From a virus: a stretch of 64,000 bases of DNA. The notes beneath the pieces are model-generated. The model ran no database searches. It was not told the DNA's origin and saw nothing but the letters and a program-made list of their open reading frames with translations. Both the position numbers and the translations under genes were made by a program. How positions within the stretch are numbered: position 1 is the stretch's first letter; every line of letters starts with the position of its first letter. Below, piece by piece: positions 45,808 to 54,917 of the stretch. The stretch spans positions 122,865-186,864 of IMG/VR virus record IMGVR_UViG_3300049793_000366. One strand, written 5' to 3'.

Positions 45808-46164
45808 ATGAAAACAACAGAACAAATCAAAACAGAAGTAGTTAATTATTTAACAAGAACATCACAACACTTATTTACTGATACGAAAGGTAGCTTTTAT
45901 AAAGTATTCGTTGACGGTGATAACTTCATTGTTATCAAAGACGATAAGACAACCGTGTATGACATTAATAAGTACATCCAGTGGTACGCACAGCATACTG
46001 AGTGTGTAGTGAAGCATTTATTATTTTTAATCCCATCATATTCATATGTTGGATCTTTAAAAGATAATAATACAAACAAGTTAAAGTCAATTCCATATTT
46101 CAAAGCTATGCGAGAAAAGCATACTGAAATTTTAGCAGAAATGAAAAAACAAACAGCTAAGTAA
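45808..46164 (+). CDS. hypothetical protein
   Basis: 118 aa ORF. Confidence 0.5.
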   Translation: MKTTEQIKTEVVNYLTRTSQHLFTDTKGSFYKVFVDGDNFIVIKDDKTTVYDINKYIQWYAQHTECVVKHLLFLIPSYSYVGSLKDNNTNKLKSIPYFKAMREKHTEILAEMKKQTAK

Positions 46165-46165
46165 T

Positions 46166-46693
46166 ATGAAGTTACAAGAGTGGCAATCGAAAATGCTTAC
46201 CAATCCAAATGTGCGAGTGAAGGAATTCCTCGCACACTATGGGATTGATAAAATAAGCAAGATGGATGAATTTACCTTTAAGCACAGCTTATCTCATCAT
46301 ACTAAATTTTCATATGATGAACAGTGTCAATTTTGGATGGATAAAGTATTTGAGTGTGTTTATTATGTAGATTATTCAAATCCTGATTTACTGAGTCATT
46401 TTCTAATCTATGATGATGGTGAATATTGGGTATTCGAAAATAAAATGGGAAGAGCCAGTTATTGTGTATATCGACTAGACCATAGACATATTGAATATGA
46501 TGATAGGGTTGATAAATACACATTTATTGCTAATTGGAAACGTCAAATAGAGACGACATTTTATATCAGATTATATGATGTTGAGTTTGCACATCAGTTT
46601 CTTGAAAATATACTTGATAGAAGAGTAGAGTTTAAAAAAGACTACGTGCGTTCACTTAAAAGAAATGAAAAACTTAAAAATATTTTAAAATGA
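46166..46693 (+). CDS. hypothetical protein
   Basis: 175 aa ORF. Confidence 0.5.
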   Translation: MKLQEWQSKMLTNPNVRVKEFLAHYGIDKISKMDEFTFKHSLSHHTKFSYDEQCQFWMDKVFECVYYVDYSNPDLLSHFLIYDDGEYWVFENKMGRASYCVYRLDHRHIEYDDRVDKYTFIANWKRQIETTFYIRLYDVEFAHQFLENILDRRVEFKKDYVRSLKRNEKLKNILK

Positions 46694-47115
46694 GAGAATT
46701 GATAAGAGACTATAAACTGAATAGGGATAACTATAAACAAATGGAGGGTAAATATAAAAGGGCTAAGAGCAATTTATCCGATAGAATATTGAGTGTTATA
46801 AAAATAATGCACGATATTGAATATAAAGAAATTAAAAAATTAGAATCAGATAAGAAAACATATCTGAATGCTTTTCCTCGATGGAGTGGAAATCCAAATT
46901 TAATTGACCTTGATTCGGTTAGTATTAAGGATGATATGATGAAGGTTAGATATGGATTTCACTACTCGTATAGTTGTGGCGATGAAGAATCTTGGCATTC
47001 GATTAAAATTCCGATTAGTTATTTCAATCTTAATTATAAGGAACTAAATAGCATACACACTGAATTTTCAATAGCAAGAGTATTGAAAATCTACAATGAT
47101 AAAAATAAAATTTAA
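46690..47115 (+). CDS. hypothetical protein
   Basis: 141 aa ORF. Confidence 0.5.
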   Translation: MRELIRDYKLNRDNYKQMEGKYKRAKSNLSDRILSVIKIMHDIEYKEIKKLESDKKTYLNAFPRWSGNPNLIDLDSVSIKDDMMKVRYGFHYSYSCGDEESWHSIKIPISYFNLNYKELNSIHTEFSIARVLKIYNDKNKI

Positions 47116-47117
47116 TA

Positions 47118-47963
47118 ATGAGATATATTGATAACCGATACTGTATAGGTAAAGTAAGAAGACTATTTAAAGAAGCTCCTGAGTCACTGAAAGACTGTGT
47201 TGTAGAGTTTTGTAGAATATTAGAAGAAGTGAAAGCTAGTTGTGGCGAACCAAGTTATAGTATTAAAGAAGACTTCTTTAAAATATGGTCTGGGTACTAT
47301 AATAGAAAAACTGAATTTATGATTCTTAGACATAAAACAATATTCACAAAAGAATCATTTGAGTTAAAGGTCGAGTTTAAATTCAACAAAGAGGTTGGTT
47401 ATAAAAAATATAGTTGGGAGGATAGATACCAAGCGGCTAAGGATATTTCGGAGTGGCAAAACAAACCAGATGCCTTACCACCAGATGAATCTTTCAGGGA
47501 GACGATTAGAGGATATAATGAGTATGGTACGGATTGGAGTAGTTACTGTTGTAATGAAGTTTCAAAGAAATGTATAGAGAAAGCACTAACATTATACGAT
47601 GAGTTTTGTTTTTTACGTGAGTATGGATTTTCAATATCAACGTATGCGGTTGCTGATGGTGGTCACGCATACAAGAGACCGCCTGATACATCTCGTTCTG
47701 GTGTTACTATGACTATTTCATATCAAAATAAAGATTTGGAAATTGAATTATCTGAATATAATGGTGTAATGACAGTTGAGACTATGCTTATAACTGAGGG
47801 TTGGAATGAAGAGAAGAATCAACACGAGAATGAGTACTACCAGCACTATGACAGCGAAGGTGGTGAAAATATCAATTCATATTCGGACATTAAACCATAT
47901 ATTGATATTATGGCACCTGGTGTATTACGAGGCCAGAAATTAGAGGACATTTTAGGTAATTAA
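47118..47963 (+). CDS. hypothetical protein
   Basis: 281 aa ORF. Confidence 0.55.
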   Translation: MRYIDNRYCIGKVRRLFKEAPESLKDCVVEFCRILEEVKASCGEPSYSIKEDFFKIWSGYYNRKTEFMILRHKTIFTKESFELKVEFKFNKEVGYKKYSWEDRYQAAKDISEWQNKPDALPPDESFRETIRGYNEYGTDWSSYCCNEVSKKCIEKALTLYDEFCFLREYGFSISTYAVADGGHAYKRPPDTSRSGVTMTISYQNKDLEIELSEYNGVMTVETMLITEGWNEEKNQHENEYYQHYDSEGGENINSYSDIKPYIDIMAPGVLRGQKLEDILGN

Positions 47964-48013
47964 CATCCGAATGTTTATAATTATTGGATTATGATAAACT
48001 GTGACATACAATT

Positions 48014-48220
48014 TTGATATATATTTACATAATGAGACTTTTTAGACTAAAGAAAAAATTTAAAAAAGAAGACAAGACTTCCGTGTACTGTTTACAGGAG
48101 CGTAAGTTTTTTGTCTGGGTAACTATTGAGGAAATTGCTGATAAAGAGCAAGCTAAGAGAGCCATCGCTGAAACCAGAGAAGGTGCTTTTTATAGCTGGT
48201 TGCTAAAGAGTCCAAAATAG
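48014..48220 (+). CDS. hypothetical small protein
   Basis: 68 aa ending in TAG. Weak call. Confidence 0.35.
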   Translation: MIYIYIMRLFRLKKKFKKEDKTSVYCLQERKFFVWVTIEEIADKEQAKRAIAETREGAFYSWLLKSPK

Positions 48221-48222
48221 TT

Positions 48223-48262
48223 AAGTCCGTATTTGCACAATACGTTAAAAGTCCGTATATTT
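48223..48262 (+). promoter_or_regulatory. direct repeat AAGTCCGTAT(A)T x2 plus TATTTGCACAAT box upstream of pncB
   Basis: AAGTCCGTAT at 48223-32 and 48249-58, 26 bp apart. GTCCGTATAT also occurs at ~26665 upstream of or within the start of the ppGpp hydrolase gene. Confidence 0.35.
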
Positions 48263-48282
48263 ACGTCAAATTGTAAATTCAT

Positions 48283-49482
48283 ATGATAATTCAGTCACTT
48301 CTCGATTTAGACTATTACAAACTAACAATGGGTCAATTAGCTTTCTTAAGCTTCCCTGATGTTGAAATTGAAGCCGCCTTTAAAAACAGAAAATCAAATA
48401 TTCGATTAGCGGATATTATCCCGGTTGACCGATTGATATCCGAACTCAATCATGTTAGAACTCTGGTTCTTAGTAAAGAACAGTTAAAGTTCGTTGAAAA
48501 ACAGGGCATATTTAAGCCAGAATACCGAGAGTATCTATATCAGATAAACCGTAGCAATCCTCTATCCGAAGTACGAGTAGAGGTTGTTGATGGTCAATTT
48601 GATGTGAGAACAAAGGGTAAATGGCCTAATGCCATTTTGTGGGAAACAATAGTATTAGCTGTTATTAACGAGCTATATTATGAGTATAAATACCCAAATC
48701 TCTCTTATGATGAGGGTCTTACTAGACTTGCGAATAAGATTAAAATTCTTAAAAAGCATCCACAAATTAAATTCTCTGACTTCGGTACTCGAAGAAGAGC
48801 ATCAAGAACATGGCAAGCACTTGTTGTTAATAAATTAAGACAAGCATTACCTAATCAGTTTCTTGGAACATCGAATGTTCAGTTGGCTATGGATTATAAC
48901 ATAACTCCAATTGGAACATTCGCACATGAAATGCCAATGGTTGCTTCTGGTGTTTGGTATGATACTGATGTTGAATTAAAAGCATCACATGGTAGAGTAC
49001 TTGATATGTGGTATGAGTTATATGATGTTAAATTATCAATTGCTCTTACTGATACATTTGGAACCAAATTCTTCTTTGAAGACTTCGTAGACCGCGCACC
49101 AGTTTGGAATGGTTTACGACACGATTCTGGTGATCCATTTGAATTTGGTCATAAAGTATTAGCTTACTACGCATCACTGGGTATTGATTCTAAAACAAAA
49201 ACTATTGTGTTTAGTGATGGTTTGGATTTAGATATCATCATCCGACTCGAAGCAATATTTGGTAAATTAATTAAATGCGTTTTCGGTTGGGGTACGACTC
49301 TGACAAATGACATTGGGTATGAAACATTATCTATTGTTATGAAAGCCATCCGTGCTAATGGTAATGAATTGGTTAAGCTTTCTGATAACTTAAATAAAGC
49401 TACTGGTTCCGATGCTACTAAATCTCGATACATTAGTGTATTTGGGTATGACAATCAAAAGCGTGAAGAGTGTGTAGTCTAA
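48283..49482 (+). CDS. pncB: nicotinate phosphoribosyltransferase
   Basis: Colinear with E. coli PncB: SLLDLDYYKLTM, FGTRRRAS, GLRHDSGDPFEFG, IVFSDGLDLD, VKLSDN. Confidence 0.85.
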   Translation: MIIQSLLDLDYYKLTMGQLAFLSFPDVEIEAAFKNRKSNIRLADIIPVDRLISELNHVRTLVLSKEQLKFVEKQGIFKPEYREYLYQINRSNPLSEVRVEVVDGQFDVRTKGKWPNAILWETIVLAVINELYYEYKYPNLSYDEGLTRLANKIKILKKHPQIKFSDFGTRRRASRTWQALVVNKLRQALPNQFLGTSNVQLAMDYNITPIGTFAHEMPMVASGVWYDTDVELKASHGRVLDMWYELYDVKLSIALTDTFGTKFFFEDFVDRAPVWNGLRHDSGDPFEFGHKVLAYYASLGIDSKTKTIVFSDGLDLDIIIRLEAIFGKLIKCVFGWGTTLTNDIGYETLSIVMKAIRANGNELVKLSDNLNKATGSDATKSRYISVFGYDNQKREECVV

Positions 49483-49508
49483 TAAGTAAAACCTAAAAAC
49501 AAAAACAC

Positions 49509-49808
49509 ATGGAATATAACGGTCAAACAAAAAAGGAATACGAGAAAAACTTCACACGTATTCGTGATATTATCACTAAGGCTGATGGTGATAAGGAAAA
49601 AGCTCTTCGACTTGCTAAAACACAAGCAGACAGAATAGAAGATGAATATAAAGCAATCAATCGTTCAAATGCCGCAGTAAAGCTTGGACATGAGTGGTTA
49701 GCTGACCCTTTCTTCGAAAGAGCTTATGAGCTTGGTGCTGTGGGTAAAATGGAGTACCGCGAATACAAGCTTAAGAAATTATTTGAAATGCAAGAAGAAG
49801 GAGCCTAA
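49509..49808 (+). CDS. hypothetical protein
   Basis: 99 aa ORF. Confidence 0.5.
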   Translation: MEYNGQTKKEYEKNFTRIRDIITKADGDKEKALRLAKTQADRIEDEYKAINRSNAAVKLGHEWLADPFFERAYELGAVGKMEYREYKLKKLFEMQEEGA

Positions 49809-50011
49809 TGAGACAGCAGATTCTTAAATACTTACCTATTAAAATTGCAATATTATTCTCTTTTATTACTGTGCCTCTTATCGCAGCAATATTCGTTAAT
49901 AGTGTTGTAATTTCTTACTTAATTGGTGCTATTTTTTTCGGTTTGCTACTGTTAGTTTACTATATAGTGAAGGGAAGGAAATCTCACCCAGAATTAAAAA
50001 ATAAAATTTGA
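49808..50011 (+). CDS. small membrane protein
   Basis: Two hydrophobic helices in 67 aa. Confidence 0.45.
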   Translation: MRQQILKYLPIKIAILFSFITVPLIAAIFVNSVVISYLIGAIFFGLLLLVYYIVKGRKSHPELKNKI

Positions 50012-50012
50012 A

Positions 50013-50270
50013 ATGAAAGAAGTAAGAATTCTATTAACGGAAGAAACATTCACACTTTTGTGTAAGCAGGGCTATGTTGCATATAAGAATAATATGTTTA
50101 GCGTATCTCAGATAAACATCACAAAAGCCGACTTGGAGAAGTTGATAAGCGGTGATATCATCGATAAACCACAGGATGGTGTTGACTTTAAAATTGCGTT
50201 AATGGATATCGGTTATGATAGGATTTTACCAATAATTAAACGTTCACCATTCTATGGTAATTCTATATAA
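50013..50270 (+). CDS. hypothetical protein
   Basis: 85 aa ORF. Confidence 0.45.
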   Translation: MKEVRILLTEETFTLLCKQGYVAYKNNMFSVSQINITKADLEKLISGDIIDKPQDGVDFKIALMDIGYDRILPIIKRSPFYGNSI

Positions 50271-50535
50271 AAATTTAGTATTTTGTTCAAGTATATATGG
50301 TACTAAACTGACTGGTAGAAAGGATGTGAAATTTTTAGAAGTACATTATGGTAGCGATAAAGATTTTATTGAAAAGTATCAGAAAATTTACCCAAATCAT
50401 CGAAAGGGAATATTCTTAGATGCTAGAAAACCTGTACCGAGAGATTTCAGACTCGATGTTGAACATATGATTAAGTCAGACCCACTGTTAATTCAAACAA
50501 TTCGTGATTTAAAGCTTGAAGAGTTATGTCAATAG
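50254..50535 (+). CDS. hypothetical protein
   Basis: 93 aa ORF ending in TAG. Confidence 0.45.
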   Translation: MVILYKNLVFCSSIYGTKLTGRKDVKFLEVHYGSDKDFIEKYQKIYPNHRKGIFLDARKPVPRDFRLDVEHMIKSDPLLIQTIRDLKLEELCQ

Positions 50536-50906
50536 AAGAGAAAATATTCATATATGGGTTTATGTTTATTATGCTTGGTGTTCTATACTTCATCGGATTT
50601 TTTATACGTGACTATAAACAAAAGTATCTACGTAATAAAAGAATGCAGAGGTTGAATTGGAATAAGGTATTGAAAATATTCGCGTGTGTTACTGGATTTT
50701 GTTTACTTGGTTCTATCAACAATAAAATGTTTACTTGGTATGAAGCTCCGATAATGGGATTTACTATCACTGCTGTGATTTTGTTTGCTGGTATATTTAG
50801 ACCAGAGAATGATACAAATGAGTATAAACAATTCGATAATCCTGAGTTTAAGGTATATGAGAAAGCACATCAGAGAGATAGAAAAATTAAAGATATTTTA
50901 AAATGA
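50526..50906 (+). CDS. hypothetical membrane protein
   Basis: Three hydrophobic helices in 126 aa. Confidence 0.5.
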   Translation: MSIEEKIFIYGFMFIMLGVLYFIGFFIRDYKQKYLRNKRMQRLNWNKVLKIFACVTGFCLLGSINNKMFTWYEAPIMGFTITAVILFAGIFRPENDTNEYKQFDNPEFKVYEKAHQRDRKIKDILK

Positions 50907-51457
50907 AGGTAGGATTATTCTTTGGGTCATTTAACCCAATACACTTAGGTCACTTAGAGATTGCTGAGAAATCAGCTAAATATGTAGATGAAGTTTGGTT
51001 CATTGTTTCACCTCACAATCCATTTAAGGATCCGAGTATGTTGATAAACCAAACTTCTCGATTAGAAATGGTTAAGTTAGCCGTTGAGTCTACACCGCAT
51101 TATAAAGTTAGTGATGTTGAATTTAATTTACCAACACCTACGAGAACTCATGTTACTTTAGAAAAATTAATCGAAGAACACGAGCATGAATTTTTATTGA
51201 TATTTGGTTCTGATTGTGTGAATACATTACACACATGGGAAAGAGGTGATTGGATTTTAGAAACATTTCCTATCATCGCATTTAAGAGAGAATCTGAGGA
51301 TGTAAATCCTGAAATTTATAAAAAGTTAATATCAGAAACTCATATATCATCTACGATAATACGAAATAATATTATAAATGGTTTGCCGGTTGATAGTCTT
51401 CTACCAACTTTAGTTGAGCAATACATATATAATAATGGATTATGGTCACACAAGTAA
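50903..51457 (+). CDS. nadD: nicotinate/nicotinamide mononucleotide adenylyltransferase
   Basis: GSFNPIHLGHL (HxGH nucleotidyltransferase motif) and C-terminal ISSTIIR motif. Confidence 0.8.
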   Translation: MKVGLFFGSFNPIHLGHLEIAEKSAKYVDEVWFIVSPHNPFKDPSMLINQTSRLEMVKLAVESTPHYKVSDVEFNLPTPTRTHVTLEKLIEEHEHEFLLIFGSDCVNTLHTWERGDWILETFPIIAFKRESEDVNPEIYKKLISETHISSTIIRNNIINGLPVDSLLPTLVEQYIYNNGLWSHK

Positions 51458-51711
51458 ATAAAGTACTACACTTTGATAATTCGAGAATAGAACTATCGCA
51501 AACTGGTCTTTGTTTTACTGCCTTTTTCTACACGAATGATAGCGAGAAACCTTGTTTTCATTTTAAATTTTATTCGGATGGAAAGTCGATAATTGAGGAT
51601 TTTAAGAAGGAAGCTCGTAACTATATGTCAACCAGTATATTGACTGATTTTATCAACAAAAACCCTGATGTATTACGGACAATTAATTTTGATAATTTAA
51701 TTGTTAATTGA
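51442..51711 (+). CDS. hypothetical protein
   Basis: 89 aa ORF. Confidence 0.45.
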   Translation: MVTQVNKVLHFDNSRIELSQTGLCFTAFFYTNDSEKPCFHFKFYSDGKSIIEDFKKEARNYMSTSILTDFINKNPDVLRTINFDNLIVN

Positions 51712-51730
51712 GAAAAAGTTTGTATATTTG
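51701..51730 (+). promoter_or_regulatory. Bacteroidetes-type promoter (TTG -33 element, 19-nt spacer, TATATTTG -7 element)
   Basis: TTG at 51701-03 and TATATTTG at 51723-30, about 35 nt upstream of the pncA start. Confidence 0.4.
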
Positions 51731-51765
51731 TAATTGATTAATGGACACTAAAAACCAAAACATAT

Positions 51766-52383
51766 ATGTTTAAATTAAAACCAAATACTCGTTCATTGTT
51801 CTGGAATGTTGACACTCAAGTTGACTTCATGAATTCAGAAGGTAAGTTATACGTTACTGACGCAGAACAAATCAAAGACACTTTAGCAAAAATAACCAAG
51901 TTCGCTAAAGACAACAATGTTCAGGTTGTTAATACTGCTGATTGGCATTATGCTGATTCTGCTGAGTTATCCGAAACACCTGATTTTATAAATACCTTCC
52001 CACCACACTGTATGGCTAATACGCCTGGTGCTGAGTTGATACCGGAAACAAAACCAGAAAAGTATGATTCTATCATTGATTGGAAAAATCCAAAATGTGA
52101 TATTAAAACTGACTCTACAAACTTTTTAGTCTTGAAAGATAAGTTTGATGTCTTCACTGGAAATCAGTTCACTAAAAGATTAATTGATGCTTTAAACCCA
52201 GATGTTGTTTACGTCTATGGTGTAGCTACAAATGTCTGTGTTGACTGTGCTGTTAACGGTTTACTTGATAACGGTTATAAAGTGGTTGTGTTTGAAGATG
52301 CTATTAAAGAGCTTCCAAATATACCATCACCAATACAAAATTGGATAGACAAAGGAGCAGAAATTATTAAATTCACAAACTAA
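51766..52383 (+). CDS. pncA: nicotinamidase (isochorismatase family)
   Basis: Isochorismatase-fold layout: N-terminal D..Q.DF, conserved Lys region (VLKDKFDVF), catalytic Cys in GVATNVCVDCAV. Confidence 0.75.
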   Translation: MFKLKPNTRSLFWNVDTQVDFMNSEGKLYVTDAEQIKDTLAKITKFAKDNNVQVVNTADWHYADSAELSETPDFINTFPPHCMANTPGAELIPETKPEKYDSIIDWKNPKCDIKTDSTNFLVLKDKFDVFTGNQFTKRLIDALNPDVVYVYGVATNVCVDCAVNGLLDNGYKVVVFEDAIKELPNIPSPIQNWIDKGAEIIKFTN

Positions 52384-52395
52384 AATATAAATACT

Positions 52396-53250
52396 ATGAA
52401 TACGAAAAAAGTATCAAATCACATCACCAATTGGTTAAAAGATTTTGCATTAAATACTAAACAAAACGGTTACGTTATCGGAGTATCTGGTGGAATTGAC
52501 TCCGCAGTTGTTTCGACACTATGCGCCCGTACTGGATTACCACTTATTGTTGTGAGTATGCCTATTCATCAAGAAGCTAATCAAGTTTCTCGCGCACAAG
52601 AGCATATGGATTGGTTGAAAAAAAATTATCCAAATGTAACACAGTTTGAATTTGACTTAACATCAGTTTATGATTCATTCGTAACTAAGTTAGATGGTAA
52701 AACACATTTTATTTCAAAGCCTGAGCATGATACACAGGTTGCTGATAAAATGTTCTTAACACTTGCGAATACTCGCTCTCGTTTGAGAATGACAACACTT
52801 TATTCACTTGCCGGATTAAACAATATGCTTGTTGCTGGTACTGGTAATAAAGTAGAAGACTTTGGTGTAGGATTCTTCACTAAGTATGGTGATGGTGGAA
52901 TTGATGTATCACCAATCGGTGAGTTGATGAAATCTGAGGTATACATATTGGGTGCTGAATTAGGTATAAACCAAGCAATACTTTCAGCAAGACCTACTGA
53001 TGGTCTTTGGGATGATGGTAGAACAGATGAAGACCAAATTGGTGCTACTTATGATGAACTTGAGTGGGCTATGGGTGTTCAAGAAGAATTGGGAAATAAT
53101 CCTGAGACTTTATACGAAATGAACGAAAGACAAACGATAGTGTGGAATATTTATTTGTCTCGACACACCGCTAACTCACATAAAATGCAAATGCCACCAG
53201 TTTGCTCATTAAAAGGAATTAAATATGATGAAGAAGTTGTTGCACAGTAA
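52396..53250 (+). CDS. nadE: NH3-dependent NAD+ synthetase
   Basis: PP-loop GVSGGIDSAV and GFFTKYGDGGIDVSPIG, colinear with E. coli NadE. Confidence 0.85.
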   Translation: MNTKKVSNHITNWLKDFALNTKQNGYVIGVSGGIDSAVVSTLCARTGLPLIVVSMPIHQEANQVSRAQEHMDWLKKNYPNVTQFEFDLTSVYDSFVTKLDGKTHFISKPEHDTQVADKMFLTLANTRSRLRMTTLYSLAGLNNMLVAGTGNKVEDFGVGFFTKYGDGGIDVSPIGELMKSEVYILGAELGINQAILSARPTDGLWDDGRTDEDQIGATYDELEWAMGVQEELGNNPETLYEMNERQTIVWNIYLSRHTANSHKMQMPPVCSLKGIKYDEEVVAQ

Positions 53251-53596
53251 TCTATCTGGTGTTGAGAACACCAGTGATTTAAATTATGTTTTTTCTTTAA
53301 TTAGAAAGGCATCAAATTCAATCGAAAGAACTGCTTTAATAAAAAAAGCATTGAAACTTAATGAAGAGGTTGGTGAATTATCAGCAGAAGTTTTAAGAGA
53401 AGATGGTTATAAAGACAGCACTTATACGAAAGAAGAAATTCGTAGAAGAATAATCGAAGAGGCAGTTGATTCATTAGTTATGATTGGTGATATTCTAAAC
53501 GATGTTAAAGCAACCGATTCTGAAATAATTGACTGCACCGAAGATGCTGTTACGAAATGGTTGACTAAACTCGATGAGAAGAAGAATAAAGTCTGA
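53225..53596 (+). CDS. MazG-like nucleotide pyrophosphohydrolase domain protein
   Basis: EEVGELSAEVL...EEAVDSLVMIGDIL matches the all-alpha NTP-PPase (MazG/HisE) E-x-x-E...E-x-x-D motif pair. Confidence 0.5.
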   Translation: MMKKLLHSNLSGVENTSDLNYVFSLIRKASNSIERTALIKKALKLNEEVGELSAEVLREDGYKDSTYTKEEIRRRIIEEAVDSLVMIGDILNDVKATDSEIIDCTEDAVTKWLTKLDEKKNKV

Positions 53597-53822
53597 GTGG
53601 CGTAGTGAGACTAAAAATCTCACAGAGATTGGATATCTTCAACACACCATCAATACGGTGAATGATATGATAGCAGAGACAGAGGTGTTGGTTGATAGAT
53701 TGCTCGATAAGGGTGAATTAACTGACGTTGACCGTCTTATGCTTAGAGAATTGGAAGAATATAAAGTAGGATTAAGAGAGTTAAAAGCTCAAGGAATAAA
53801 AAATTTAAAAGAAGCACTATGA
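53574..53822 (+). CDS. hypothetical protein
   Basis: 82 aa. The 5' end overlaps the previous gene, so the true start is probably an internal Met. Confidence 0.4.
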   Translation: MRRRIKSEWRSETKNLTEIGYLQHTINTVNDMIAETEVLVDRLLDKGELTDVDRLMLRELEEYKVGLRELKAQGIKNLKEAL

Positions 53823-54226
53823 AAAAATTAACAGCTTATGTTGTATTCGAAAAGGGGTACGAGTACAATGACGAAATTTATCACTTACCTGATGTAAGCG
53901 GTGGTGATCCAAAGAGAGTAACATTCTCAAAAGAAGATGCTAAGAATCTTATTACTGTGTTGAGCAGAGATTCATTCAGAGGATTGGATATTGGTAATTA
54001 TACATATGACCTAAAAGATGTAGTTGATGAAATATCTCTAAAAGAGATATTCAAAATCAATAAGTGGAAATGGGATGAAGATAATTTAACTGTTCCTGAG
54101 AAAGCAACCGATGAACAAATCGATGAGGTTATGAAATTTATTGATTTACAGTTTTATGACTTTCAGGAAGTTGAAATGGATATTGCATCAATGCGTAATG
54201 CAAAAATAGAAATAGTAGAAAGCTAA
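53819..54226 (+). CDS. hypothetical protein
   Basis: 135 aa ORF. Confidence 0.5.
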   Translation: MKKLTAYVVFEKGYEYNDEIYHLPDVSGGDPKRVTFSKEDAKNLITVLSRDSFRGLDIGNYTYDLKDVVDEISLKEIFKINKWKWDEDNLTVPEKATDEQIDEVMKFIDLQFYDFQEVEMDIASMRNAKIEIVES

Positions 54227-54762
54227 TGAATTTTAAAAATAAACCGAACCATTGTATTAGTACTGAGAATGGTCAAGTGTGGGTGTCTCGTTCGGTAGCA
54301 GTAGTGGTTACTACCTTACTACGATGTAATGATGAATTATATGCGCTTATGATTAAGCGTGGTGAGAGCGTTCATGCTTCGGGTAAATGGTGTATGCCTT
54401 GTGGTTACTTAGATTGGGATGAAACCGCGTCTGAGTGTGCTGTTAGAGAGATTTGGGAAGAATCTGGATTAGATGTTCTGGGTCTATCTAAATCTGAAAT
54501 TGAACATAATGGTTTACATAATGTGTGGGATTTAAATACTAATCCTGACTTAAATGATAGTCAAGATGTAGCTCTTCATTATTCAATAATAATATCTTCT
54601 GATAACTTTCCTAAGCTTAGTGATGAAAATGCCGAAGAGAATGAGGTAGTTGGCCTTGCGTGGGTTAAACTTTCTGAACTTGGTGAATATAACTTAGCAT
54701 TCCGTCACGACGAAAGAATAAAAAAGTTTTTGGATTACTATGAGAAGATTAAAGTTAAATAA
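54226..54762 (+). CDS. Nudix hydrolase
   Basis: Nudix box GKWCMPCGYLDWDETASECAVREIWEESGLDV (G-x5-E-x7-REUxEExGU). Confidence 0.7.
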   Translation: MNFKNKPNHCISTENGQVWVSRSVAVVVTTLLRCNDELYALMIKRGESVHASGKWCMPCGYLDWDETASECAVREIWEESGLDVLGLSKSEIEHNGLHNVWDLNTNPDLNDSQDVALHYSIIISSDNFPKLSDENAEENEVVGLAWVKLSELGEYNLAFRHDERIKKFLDYYEKIKVK

Positions 54763-54916
54763 TGAGAATGCAAGAGTAGGCGGTGTATGCGCTGGTCTTG
54801 GTGAATACTTCAATATTGATCCTGTTTGGTTTAGATTGCTTTTTGTAATTGGTTTTTTTACACCAATGATTCCTGCCGTGTTGACTTATATAATAATATT
54901 GATAGTTTTAGATTAA
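54740..54916 (+). CDS. PspC-domain small membrane protein (58 aa; not in ORF track)
   Basis: MRRLKLNNENARVGGVCAGLGEYFNIDPVWFRLLFVIGFFTPMIPAVLTYIIILIVLD is a PspC domain (GVCAGLGEYF...RL.F). Overlaps the Nudix gene 3' end by ~23 nt in another frame. Confidence 0.55.
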   Translation: MRRLKLNNENARVGGVCAGLGEYFNIDPVWFRLLFVIGFFTPMIPAVLTYIIILIVLD

Positions 54917-54917
54917 C

